From: Phycisphaerales bacterium
GTDB lineage: Bacteria > Planctomycetota > Phycisphaerae > Phycisphaerales > SM1A02
Direction: 5' to 3'
NCBI GenBank assembly: GCA_014238205.1
Contig: JABABM010000005.1
Location: 19,189-83,188, forward strand
DNA: 64,000 bases
The notes under the pieces were generated by a model that was not told where the DNA came from, did no database searches, and saw only the letters and a list, made by a program, of their open reading frames with translations. Of this stretch, positions 56,424 to 64,000 are shown piece by piece (the stretch's first letter is position 1; every line of letters starts with the position of its first letter). The translations under genes were made by a program, and so were the position numbers.

Positions 56424-57632
56424 TCACGATTGATCGAGGATTTCAACAGAACGGAAGGTTCGGCCTTCAAGCATCCTCAGGCTCGCCCCACCACCCGTTG
56501 AAACGTGGCTCACGCGTGAAGCAAGGCCAAAGAGCTCGACTGCCGCAGCGGTTTCTCCTCCCCCGATGACCGATGTTGCCCCTGCATCTGTGGCCTCGGC
56601 GGCAGCGAGGGCAACCGCCCTGCTGCCGACATCGAAGGGTGGAACCTCGAAAACACCCACCGGGCCATTCCAGACAATCGTCCCGCCTGCAGCAAGAAGA
56701 TCAACTGCGGCACCGGTTGATACCGGCCCAAGGTCCAGGCCCATCATGCCAGGTGGAATACTCCCGGTCTGGATGGACATCCCATCGGCATCATCCAGCC
56801 CTGCAGCGCATGCATGATCCACCGGCAGCAGGATTGTCGTGCCCGAGTCGCGTGCCTCATCGAGCACGGCGAGTGCCTCGGGGACCATGTCCTCTTCAAG
56901 CAGACTGTCGCCGATCTCTATTCCCTGGGCATGAAGAAAGGTATACGCCATGCCGCCACCGATGATGACCGCGTCGACCCGAGGGAGCAGGTTGCGTATG
57001 GCGCCAAGTTTGTCCGACACCTTCGCCCCTCCAAGGACAGCAATGAATGGAGACTTCGCCTGTTCCATCACTTCTGACAGGAAGTGCAGCTCCTTCAGGA
57101 GCAGCAGACCTGCAACACGTGGACGCCCGGACATGGCCTCGGGTACGGCAACCATCGACGCGTGGTCGCGGTGCGCAGTTCCGAACGCATCGTTGACATA
57201 GATGTCTCCATAGGAAGCAAGCTTCGATGCGAACACGGGATCACCGGTCTTCTCACCCTCGTGAAATCGAAGATTCTCCAGGACGAGCACTTCCCCTGGT
57301 TGAAGCGAGTCGACTGCGGCGGTGGAATCAGCATCGGTGCAATCATGTCCCGGCAGATCGACTTGGACATCCTCCAGCAGCTGGGCCAACTTCACAGCAA
57401 CCGGTTGCAGGCTGAACTCCGGTTCGTACCCCGTACCGGATGGTCGCCCCAGGTGGCTCATGAGAACGAGGCTGCCACCCCGGTCAAGGACGGACCTGAG
57501 CGTCGGGATCGCCATGCGGATCCGGCGGTCGTCGAGAATCGCCCCTCTGCCGTCAAGTGGAACATTGAAGTCCACTCGAACAAGGACTCGTAGACCCTCG
57601 ACCTCGATTTGATCAATGGATTGCCTCGACAT
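56424..57632 (-). CDS. pgk: phosphoglycerate kinase
   Basis: Start trimmed to ATG 57632 (MSRQSIDQIEVEGLRVLVRVDFNVPLD). Also has MSHLGRP, NDAFGTAHR, GGAKVSDK and STGGGASL. Confidence 0.9.
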   Translation of the reverse strand: MSRQSIDQIEVEGLRVLVRVDFNVPLDGRGAILDDRRIRMAIPTLRSVLDRGGSLVLMSHLGRPSGTGYEPEFSLQPVAVKLAQLLEDVQVDLPGHDCTDADSTAAVDSLQPGEVLVLENLRFHEGEKTGDPVFASKLASYGDIYVNDAFGTAHRDHASMVAVPEAMSGRPRVAGLLLLKELHFLSEVMEQAKSPFIAVLGGAKVSDKLGAIRNLLPRVDAVIIGGGMAYTFLHAQGIEIGDSLLEEDMVPEALAVLDEARDSGTTILLPVDHACAAGLDDADGMSIQTGSIPPGMMGLDLGPVSTGAAVDLLAAGGTIVWNGPVGVFEVPPFDVGSRAVALAAAEATDAGATSVIGGGETAAAVELFGLASRVSHVSTGGGASLRMLEGRTFRSVEILDQS

Positions 57633-57655
57633 CGGGGTATCGTACCCACGACACG

Positions 57656-58609
57656 ATGACCACGACTCCCCGACCCGCCATATTCGTCCTTGGACCAACA
57701 GCAGGTGGAAAGACCGAACTTTCCATCGAGCTGGCACACCGCCTTCCTGGTGGAGGAGAATGCTGCTGCGCCGATTCAATGCAGGTCTACAGGGGCATGG
57801 ACATCGGAACTGCAAAGCCCACGGACAGTGAACAGGCCGCTGCCCCTCATCACCTGCTCGACCTTGTTGATCCAGGTGATTCCTTTTCCGTGGATGACTG
57901 GCTTGGCCGTGCACGGACCTGCGTCAGCAACATCCAGGCAGAAAACAAGTGGCCGATCCTGGTCGGGGGGACCAACCTTTACATTCAGGCCTTCCTCGGC
58001 GGTTTCATGGAAGGTCCCGAGCCGGATGAGTCGCTTCGTGCACAACTTGCAGAAATCGAACCAGGAGAACTCCGCAGCGAACTGGAGCGTGTCGATCCAG
58101 CCGCAGCTGAACGCATTCACCCGAATGATCGCCGACGCACCGTTCGGGCCATTGAAGTCTTTCGACTTACGGGGCGGCCCATCAGCGAGATGCAGGTGCA
58201 GTGGGCCAAGGCCGACGCGAACATGGATGTCCTGATCATCGGCCTCAACTGGCCGGTGGATGTCATCAACGGGAGGATCAACTCACGTGTCGGGCGAATG
58301 ATGGAATCGGGCTTTCTCGATGAGGTTCAACACCTCCACGAGGCCGGCTCCTTCGGAGTTCAATCCCGTGAAGCACTTGGCTACAAGCAGTTGCTTGAGC
58401 ACCTGGAAGGCGGATGCAGCCAGGAGGAGGCCGTTGAACAGATCAAGATCCTGAGTCGGCGATTTGCCAAGCAGCAAAGGACCTGGCTGCGAAGATTCCA
58501 ATATTTATGGGTGGGGCACTGGATAGATGCAGCCGGAAAAACTACTGAAACCATTGCAAATGAAGCACTTGCGTTCATCAACTCCAACCATGCCGCCCCC
58601 CCTTCTTGA
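57656..58609 (+). CDS. miaA: tRNA dimethylallyltransferase
   Basis: 317 aa. IFVLGPTAGGKTELSIELA P-loop, DSMQVYRGMDIGTAKP, and GGTNLY. Confidence 0.9.
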   Translation: MTTTPRPAIFVLGPTAGGKTELSIELAHRLPGGGECCCADSMQVYRGMDIGTAKPTDSEQAAAPHHLLDLVDPGDSFSVDDWLGRARTCVSNIQAENKWPILVGGTNLYIQAFLGGFMEGPEPDESLRAQLAEIEPGELRSELERVDPAAAERIHPNDRRRTVRAIEVFRLTGRPISEMQVQWAKADANMDVLIIGLNWPVDVINGRINSRVGRMMESGFLDEVQHLHEAGSFGVQSREALGYKQLLEHLEGGCSQEEAVEQIKILSRRFAKQQRTWLRRFQYLWVGHWIDAAGKTTETIANEALAFINSNHAAPPS

Positions 58610-58654
58610 CCCCGCAAACGACTTGCATGGAAGGCATGATCAATTGATTTTTCC

Positions 58655-58682
58655 TTGACAGCCTCCTCAAGGTCGATACAAA
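58655..58682 (+). promoter_or_regulatory. weak candidate sigma70-like promoter upstream of topA (TTGACA-16 nt-TACAAA)
   Basis: TTGACA at 58655-58660 and TACAAA at 58677-58682. This is a consensus match only, and the host's promoter rules are unknown. Confidence 0.2.
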
Positions 58683-58785
58683 CACGCCGATCAGCAAGCA
58701 GTACATCACTTCAACGGCCGGGTTCATGCAGGGCTGAACCCCCACCAGCCACTCTGGTGCTAGCAGACAGGAGCCTGCAAGGAAC

Positions 58786-61383
58786 ATGGGCAAGCAACTC
58801 GTCATCGTGGAATCACCGGCGAAAGCCAAGACCATCAACCGGTACCTCGGGCCGGAATACGTGGTCGAGGCCTCGGTGGGTCACGTACGCGACCTTCCCA
58901 AGAGTGCCAAGGGCCAGCCTATTCCAGGCGTTGATATAGAGAACGATTTCACGCCCTCCTATGTCGTGTCACCTGGCAGCAAGAAGGTGATCGCAAACCT
59001 CAAGAAACTCGCCAAGGGTGCTGATGAAGTCTGGTTCGCAACGGACCTCGACCGCGAGGGTGAAGCAATCGCCTGGCACCTGGCCGAGGAGTTGAAGATC
59101 GATCCAGGAACTGCCAAGCGTGTCGTATTCAACGCGATTACGAAAGCGCAGATCGAGCAGGCCTTCGCAAACCCGCATGCAATCGACATGGACCGTGTCA
59201 ATGCGCAGCAGACACGACGAATCGTCGATCGTATCGTTGGATACCAGGTATCCCCATTGCTCTGGAAACGAGTTGCCGGTGGACTCAGTGCAGGCCGGGT
59301 GCAATCCGTGGCCGTCCGGATGATCGTCGAGCGGGAGAACCTGATCCGTTCCCACGTACCAGACGAGGACTGGAAGGTCGAAGGCTTCTTTGCAGTCGAC
59401 CCTGCAACTCGACAGGAACTGCAAGCCGGCTGGAAGTCACTGCATGAGTCCGTTGAAGAAGGCAAGCCGATCACGAAGAAGGAGCGGAATCGATGGCTGG
59501 ATGAGCAGAACGGCCTGGCCGCATCCCTTGTTCAACTCGATGGATCGCGCTTCAACCTGTCCATCGAGGCGGACGCGTTCCAGGATAAAGCACATGATGA
59601 ACAGGGACACATCAGCCGGATCGAACACATGGCGCAGACCATCGGGATGTCCGATGTCTCAACAGAACTGGTCAAGGATCCCGCGGGCAAGGGGCCTGCC
59701 AGCCGTCGAATCATCATCCATGGTGAACTTGATCCATCGACGACCTACCGCGTCGAAGGGATTACGCAAAAGAAGTCCAAGTCCCGTCCAGGTGCCCCCT
59801 TCATCACCAGTTCACTGCAGTCGGCGGCGGCGAGTGCACTGGGATTCACGGCCTCGAGAACAATGCGGGCCGCACAGAAACTGTACGAGGGGATCACGGT
59901 TCGAGGCGAGGGGCAGGTTGGACTGATCACCTACATGCGTACGGACTCGACACATGTCTCGCCCGAGGCCATCAAGCAGGTGCGTGAGTACATCAAGTCG
60001 GAGTTCGGCGACAGGTATCTTCCGGGAAAACCCGTCCACCACAGTTCCACGAATCGTGCAGCACAGGAGGCTCACGAGGCAATCCGTCCAACGGATGCCA
60101 CGCGAGATCCTGATTCCCTTCCCAAGAAGCTCGATGATGATCTCCGCAAGCTCTACCGGTTGATCTGGAATCGATTCGTCTCCGGGCAGATGGTGCCGGC
60201 CGAGTGGGATCGAACCGAGGTCCGCCTCGCTCGCAGCGACAGTGATACGGGCGCCGTCTTCATGGCAAACGGACGCGTGCTCGCCTTCGACGGTTTCTAC
60301 CGTGTAACCGGCGTCCCGGTATCGGATGAGCAGACTCTGCCGATCCTCAAGGAAGGTGACGAACTGGCTCCCTTCGCCTTCCAGCCGGAACAACGATTCT
60401 CCTCACCACCTTCACGCTTCTCTGAATCGGCGCTCATCAAGCAGCTTGAAAAGGAAGGCATCGGTCGTCCATCAACCTACGCCTCGATCATCGACGTGAT
60501 CCAGCGACGCAACTACGTCGAGAAGGTGGAACGCTCCTTCTACCCGACCTTTCTCGGGGAAGTCGTCACGGGAAAACTTGTCGAGGGGTTCCCGACGCTC
60601 ATGGACATCGGGTTCACCCGGACCATGGAGGCGGACCTGGACCGCATCGCATCGGGTGACAGCGACTGGGTCAAGGTTCTGCGCGAGTTCTACGGGCCAT
60701 TCACCGAATCGCTTGAATACGCCTATGAGCACATGACCCATGCCAAGGCCGAAACAGAACCGGCCATCTACAAGTGTCCCGAATGTGGTGCGAAGACTGA
60801 ATATCGACTCGGCAAGAATGGTCGCTTCATCTCGTGCACGTCGTACCCGGACTGCAAGTTCGCGGCCACGGTGGATCGCAATGGCAAGCCCATGCTCATC
60901 CAACGTGTCAACGTTCAGTGCCCGCAGGACGAATCGCCCATGGTCCTCCGAAGCGGACGGTTTGGGCCATTCCTCGCCTCGGTGAACTACCCGGATGTAA
61001 AGATGGTCGTGAACCTCGACAGGAAGAAATGCATCAAGTATCCATCGATCCCGCCGCTGCAGACGGACATTCCATGCAGCAAGTGCGACAAGACACTGAA
61101 CCTCCGCAATGGAAAACGTGGGCCATGGCTCGGGTGTTCCGGGTTTCCCAAGTGCCGGGGTCGTGGCAAGTGGACCGAACTTGAAGATTCGAAACGTGAC
61201 GAGTTGGAATCTGCACTTGCTTCACACGAGAAGGACAACCCCCAGGTCATCATCAAGGATCTCGAGGGAACTACCATCGAAGAAGGTACCCCGATCGATG
61301 TCCTGCTCATCGTCGATGAGAACGAACAACTCGAGATCCACCCGGACGCAAAGGCCGAGGATGTGGAGAATGCAGGCTCCTGA
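58786..61383 (+). CDS. topA: DNA topoisomerase I
   Basis: 865 aa. MGKQLVIVESPAKAKTINRYLG Toprim N-terminus, the YEG...ITYMRTDS active-site Tyr region and C-terminal Zn-ribbon repeats (CPECG...C, CSKC...CSGFPKC). Confidence 0.95.
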   Translation: MGKQLVIVESPAKAKTINRYLGPEYVVEASVGHVRDLPKSAKGQPIPGVDIENDFTPSYVVSPGSKKVIANLKKLAKGADEVWFATDLDREGEAIAWHLAEELKIDPGTAKRVVFNAITKAQIEQAFANPHAIDMDRVNAQQTRRIVDRIVGYQVSPLLWKRVAGGLSAGRVQSVAVRMIVERENLIRSHVPDEDWKVEGFFAVDPATRQELQAGWKSLHESVEEGKPITKKERNRWLDEQNGLAASLVQLDGSRFNLSIEADAFQDKAHDEQGHISRIEHMAQTIGMSDVSTELVKDPAGKGPASRRIIIHGELDPSTTYRVEGITQKKSKSRPGAPFITSSLQSAAASALGFTASRTMRAAQKLYEGITVRGEGQVGLITYMRTDSTHVSPEAIKQVREYIKSEFGDRYLPGKPVHHSSTNRAAQEAHEAIRPTDATRDPDSLPKKLDDDLRKLYRLIWNRFVSGQMVPAEWDRTEVRLARSDSDTGAVFMANGRVLAFDGFYRVTGVPVSDEQTLPILKEGDELAPFAFQPEQRFSSPPSRFSESALIKQLEKEGIGRPSTYASIIDVIQRRNYVEKVERSFYPTFLGEVVTGKLVEGFPTLMDIGFTRTMEADLDRIASGDSDWVKVLREFYGPFTESLEYAYEHMTHAKAETEPAIYKCPECGAKTEYRLGKNGRFISCTSYPDCKFAATVDRNGKPMLIQRVNVQCPQDESPMVLRSGRFGPFLASVNYPDVKMVVNLDRKKCIKYPSIPPLQTDIPCSKCDKTLNLRNGKRGPWLGCSGFPKCRGRGKWTELEDSKRDELESALASHEKDNPQVIIKDLEGTTIEEGTPIDVLLIVDENEQLEIHPDAKAEDVENAGS

Positions 61384-61391
61384 GCACTCGG

Positions 61392-62663
61392 ATGCCCTAC
61401 AATCAGTCCATGTCCGACAGGAAGCCCACCAGGCAGATCAGCATTGGAGATGACCGGACCGGCCGCGTGTTCGTCGGCGGTGGTGCCGACGTCTCCGTGC
61501 AGACCATGACCTCCGGTTACACCTGGGACATCGATCAATGCGTTGCCGAAATCAATCGCATGACGGATGCCGGGGCGGACATCGTCCGGGTTGCGGTACC
61601 CCAGAAGAAGGACACCGAAGCCCTCCCCGAGATCCTTGCCCAGACGAAGGTCCCGATCGTCGCGGACGTCCACTTCCACTACAAGCGGGCGTTGGAAGCC
61701 GTGGAGGCCGGAATACACAAGATCAGGCTCAATCCCGGGAACATCAATGACCGGGAACAGGTCAACGCAGTCATCGATGCCTGTCGTGATCGCGGGATCC
61801 CGATCCGCGTAGGCGTCAACGAAGGGTCCATCATCGAGCGGAAGGACAAGCAGCAGCGGGCCGAGGAGCTGGGTCGTTTCTTCGCCGACAAGCGACAAGG
61901 TCACTTGATCGCGCTCATGATCGCCAAACTCGAAGAGTACATGGAGATCTTCGAAGCGAAGGACTTCCATGATGTGTGCATCAGCGCCAAGTCGATGGAT
62001 GCCAGGCTCGTCATAGACATCTACACGGAGATCGCTGCTCGATTCGACTATCCACTCCACCTCGGGGTGACGCACGCGGGTCCGAAGGAAACGGGCGCAA
62101 TACGCAGCGTCGTTGCACTCGGCACGTTGCTTGCCAACGGCATCGGGGACACGATTCGAATCTCGTATGCAAGCGACCCCGTCCATGAAGTCGAGGATGG
62201 ACTGGAAATGCTCTATTCCCTCGGGCTTCGAACACGCCGGGGCGCCGAACTGATCGCCTGTCCAACCTGCGGCCGCATCCAGGTTGATCTCTTCACTCTC
62301 GTCCAGGAAGTTCGAAAGAAACTGGCCAACGAGATTGAACTGCCCCTCAAGGTGGCGGTCATGGGCTGCGTCGTCAACGGACCCGGTGAAGCCGAAGGCG
62401 CCGATGTCGCCGTGTTCGCCGGTGATCGGCGAGGCATCATCTACGTCCAGGGCGAACGCGTTGCAAATGTCAAGGAAGAGGAAATACTCGACTCGCTCCT
62501 CGAGGAGTGCAGGCGATTCCAGGACCGGGTACGCAATGGCGAAGCAACACTTGGAGAAAAAAAGGTCGAGATCGTGCCTCCAGATCCCCTCGGGGAACTC
62601 GGCAGCGGGGTCGACAAGATCACTGCTGGACTGGTTGAGCAGGTCACGATCGAAGGGAACTGA
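61392..62663 (+). CDS. ispG: 4-hydroxy-3-methylbut-2-en-1-yl diphosphate synthase
   Basis: 423 aa. VQTMTSG...ADIVRVAVP, IVADVHF, KIRLNPGNI, and the Cys ligand region CPTCGR...MGCVVNGPGE. Confidence 0.9.
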   Translation: MPYNQSMSDRKPTRQISIGDDRTGRVFVGGGADVSVQTMTSGYTWDIDQCVAEINRMTDAGADIVRVAVPQKKDTEALPEILAQTKVPIVADVHFHYKRALEAVEAGIHKIRLNPGNINDREQVNAVIDACRDRGIPIRVGVNEGSIIERKDKQQRAEELGRFFADKRQGHLIALMIAKLEEYMEIFEAKDFHDVCISAKSMDARLVIDIYTEIAARFDYPLHLGVTHAGPKETGAIRSVVALGTLLANGIGDTIRISYASDPVHEVEDGLEMLYSLGLRTRRGAELIACPTCGRIQVDLFTLVQEVRKKLANEIELPLKVAVMGCVVNGPGEAEGADVAVFAGDRRGIIYVQGERVANVKEEEILDSLLEECRRFQDRVRNGEATLGEKKVEIVPPDPLGELGSGVDKITAGLVEQVTIEGN

Positions 62664-62707
62664 AGAACTGCATCCGGCAGGTCCCCATCGGCGTACACTT
62701 TCATACG

Positions 62708-63637
62708 ATGCGAAAACGAGATGCCTTCACTCTGGTCGAACTGCTCGTGGTCATGGCCATCATCGCCATTCTCACGGGCTTGATGCTGGTCGGACTCCGA
62801 GCGGCCTACCGGACTTCCCTGAAGACGGATGAACTGAGTCGGATACGCCAGCTCGGCAATGCGTGGCTCATGTACAGCCAGAACCATCAGGGCAAGATCG
62901 TGCCCGGTTGGATGGACCATGCCGCACAGGAACGAGAGAACAGCCCACAGGTGTACCCGGACCTGACCGAGATCCCCCCTGCGCCAAACTGGGATCCTTC
63001 CAGCGAGAACGTCGCCGGCTACTGGACCTGGAAACTCCTCCCCTACCTCGACTATTCATGGCCGATCATTCGCGGCCATCTTCCCGAAGATCAACAGACG
63101 GTTGAGAACTTCCAGGAGAACGGCATGGATGTGGCGCTGTCCCCGGGGTTCGGCTACAACGGCTGGTACCTCGGCGGTCAATGGGCCAAGTGGGATCCAC
63201 ATGTAGACAGGCCACAACTTCGATTCTCCAGTGTTCAACTCGAGGACGGGGCGATGGACAACCTCGTCATCACGAGCATCGCGAGCCTGCAACGGCCAAC
63301 GGAAGTAGTGGCCTTCTGTTCATCGTTTCATGCACCGGAAGCGATGGCAGAACCGATCACGAGCAACCGCCTTCGTGGAAGCTGGCTTGTCGAACCTCGC
63401 ATTCTCGCCGGGGAACACATGTGGGAACTCGACAAAATCGGAGATCTGGTCGTACTGCAGGAAACGCATGCGCCACTCGGTCGATTCACAAGCGAAGCCG
63501 CCTGCTGGTTTCCTGACGGGCATACGGAAGGATTGTCGAACGAAGCGCTTGCCGACCAGCGACGATGGATTGATGATGCCAGGCGAATCGGTGATACGCA
63601 GGCGTGGGACTTCACCCATGCCGACGATGTCGATTGA
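62708..63637 (+). CDS. pseudopilin-like protein with a prepilin-type N-terminal cleavage/methylation domain
   Basis: The N-terminus MRKRDAFTLVELLVVMAIIAILTGL is a class III signal with the invariant Glu. The C-terminal region has WFPDGH, resembling the DGH motif of the large planctomycetal pseudopilin-like family. Confidence 0.7.
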   Translation: MRKRDAFTLVELLVVMAIIAILTGLMLVGLRAAYRTSLKTDELSRIRQLGNAWLMYSQNHQGKIVPGWMDHAAQERENSPQVYPDLTEIPPAPNWDPSSENVAGYWTWKLLPYLDYSWPIIRGHLPEDQQTVENFQENGMDVALSPGFGYNGWYLGGQWAKWDPHVDRPQLRFSSVQLEDGAMDNLVITSIASLQRPTEVVAFCSSFHAPEAMAEPITSNRLRGSWLVEPRILAGEHMWELDKIGDLVVLQETHAPLGRFTSEAACWFPDGHTEGLSNEALADQRRWIDDARRIGDTQAWDFTHADDVD

Positions 63638-63664
63638 ACACCCTGAAGTGCAGCAGCGGAAACA

Positions 63665-64000
63665 TCATCCCTCGTGACGAGTGTTGACATCGATTCCATG
63701 CTGAGCAGAAGCGATGATGGTCTCAAGTCGACCAATCGCCCTGTTCGACTGGCTCTTGAAGAGCATGTAGGGAAAGAGGGTCACAAGCGCGATGATGAGA
63801 CCGAACGCCGTCGTGATCAGTGCCGCGGCAATGCCACCAGCGACTTCCCGGGGGTCCGTCAATGTCGATTGCGAGCCAAGCAGTTGAAAGGACTGGATGA
63901 TGCCGATGACCGTACCAAGGATGCCGAGCAATGGAGCAGCCGTGATGATGGTCGACAGCGCGATCATGTACCTGTCCAACTGGGGCCTGACCGTATCAAC
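63665..64000 (-). CDS. MotA/TolQ/ExbB proton-channel family protein; C-terminal 111 aa, 5' end beyond the window
   Basis: The reverse frame is open to base 64000. It reads AAPLLGILGTVIGIIQSF...GIAAALITTAFGLIIALVTLFPYMLF, the conserved TM2-TM3 region of ExbB/TolQ. Confidence 0.75.
   Translation of the reverse strand, partial: VDTVRPQLDRYMIALSTIITAAPLLGILGTVIGIIQSFQLLGSQSTLTDPREVAGGIAAALITTAFGLIIALVTLFPYMLFKSQSNRAIGRLETIIASAQHGIDVNTRHEG

Noticed and set aside
56424-57914. N-terminal extensions in the longest-ORF track calls. Examples are pgk (57914), the GlmU-like gene (47036), mreC (48434), accD (54461), lnt (53611), the DAG-kinase-like gene (21634), the ferredoxin (10272), the deiminase (17222) and the DUF1003 gene (42656).
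   Set aside because: The extensions overlap the upstream gene or, for the DUF1003 gene, the tRNA. They are compositionally odd and precede internal ATG/GTG codons that restore the normal family N-terminus or a signal peptide. The starts were trimmed accordingly.
1-64000. CRISPR arrays, rRNA genes, transposases or IS elements, prophage genes, toxin-antitoxin pairs and known defence-system signatures.
   Set aside because: I saw no regularly spaced direct repeats, and no ORF translation shows transposase, integrase, Cas, restriction or abortive-infection motifs. The window is housekeeping and core metabolism plus a few secreted-protein genes.

Overview
This is a gene-dense, roughly 60% GC bacterial chromosomal segment that is mostly housekeeping. 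The gene content suggests Planctomycetota, possibly Phycisphaerae-like, but that is inference, not proof. The supporting content is: a murC-murB-ddl-ftsQ block with no ftsA/ftsZ behind it, mreBCD, a sulfatase, a large membrane-bound-dehydrogenase/HEAT/CxxCH protein, a prepilin-type pseudopilin-like protein, an ECF sigma factor coupled to a Ser/Thr kinase, and secreted proteins with dockerin-like tails. I can support about 50 CDSs, one tRNA-Asp(GTC), four hairpin terminators and one weaker terminator-like hairpin. I saw no rRNA, CRISPR array, transposase, integrase or recognisable defence system. The ORF track takes the longest possible ORF, including GTG starts, so many starts were trimmed to internal starts that fit signal peptides, family N-termini, RBSs and neighbouring stop codons.

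The parts most worth a second look are:
1. The 454-bp spacer between the S9 peptidase and cstA. It holds four helically phased TCCAC repeats, a sigma70-like promoter and a canonical plus-strand terminator just upstream of cstA, which suggests a leader/attenuator or a small RNA.
2. Three secreted proteins with double dockerin-like C-terminal modules. One carries four tandem GACC-type Cys-rich repeats and one is a Porphyromonas-type arginine/agmatine deiminase. Two of them lie next to a translationally coupled ECF sigma/TPR-kinase pair.
3. A molybdopterin oxidoreductase operon with a catalytic subunit that lacks a Tat signal, a fused FeS-NrfD subunit and an overlapping DinB-family gene.
4. A long minus-strand operon in which two uncharacterised membrane/coiled-coil genes precede mreBCD.
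5. Convergent gene pairs that abut or overlap at their stop codons, leaving no room for terminators.

All functional calls come from motifs read directly in the translations. No database searches were run.
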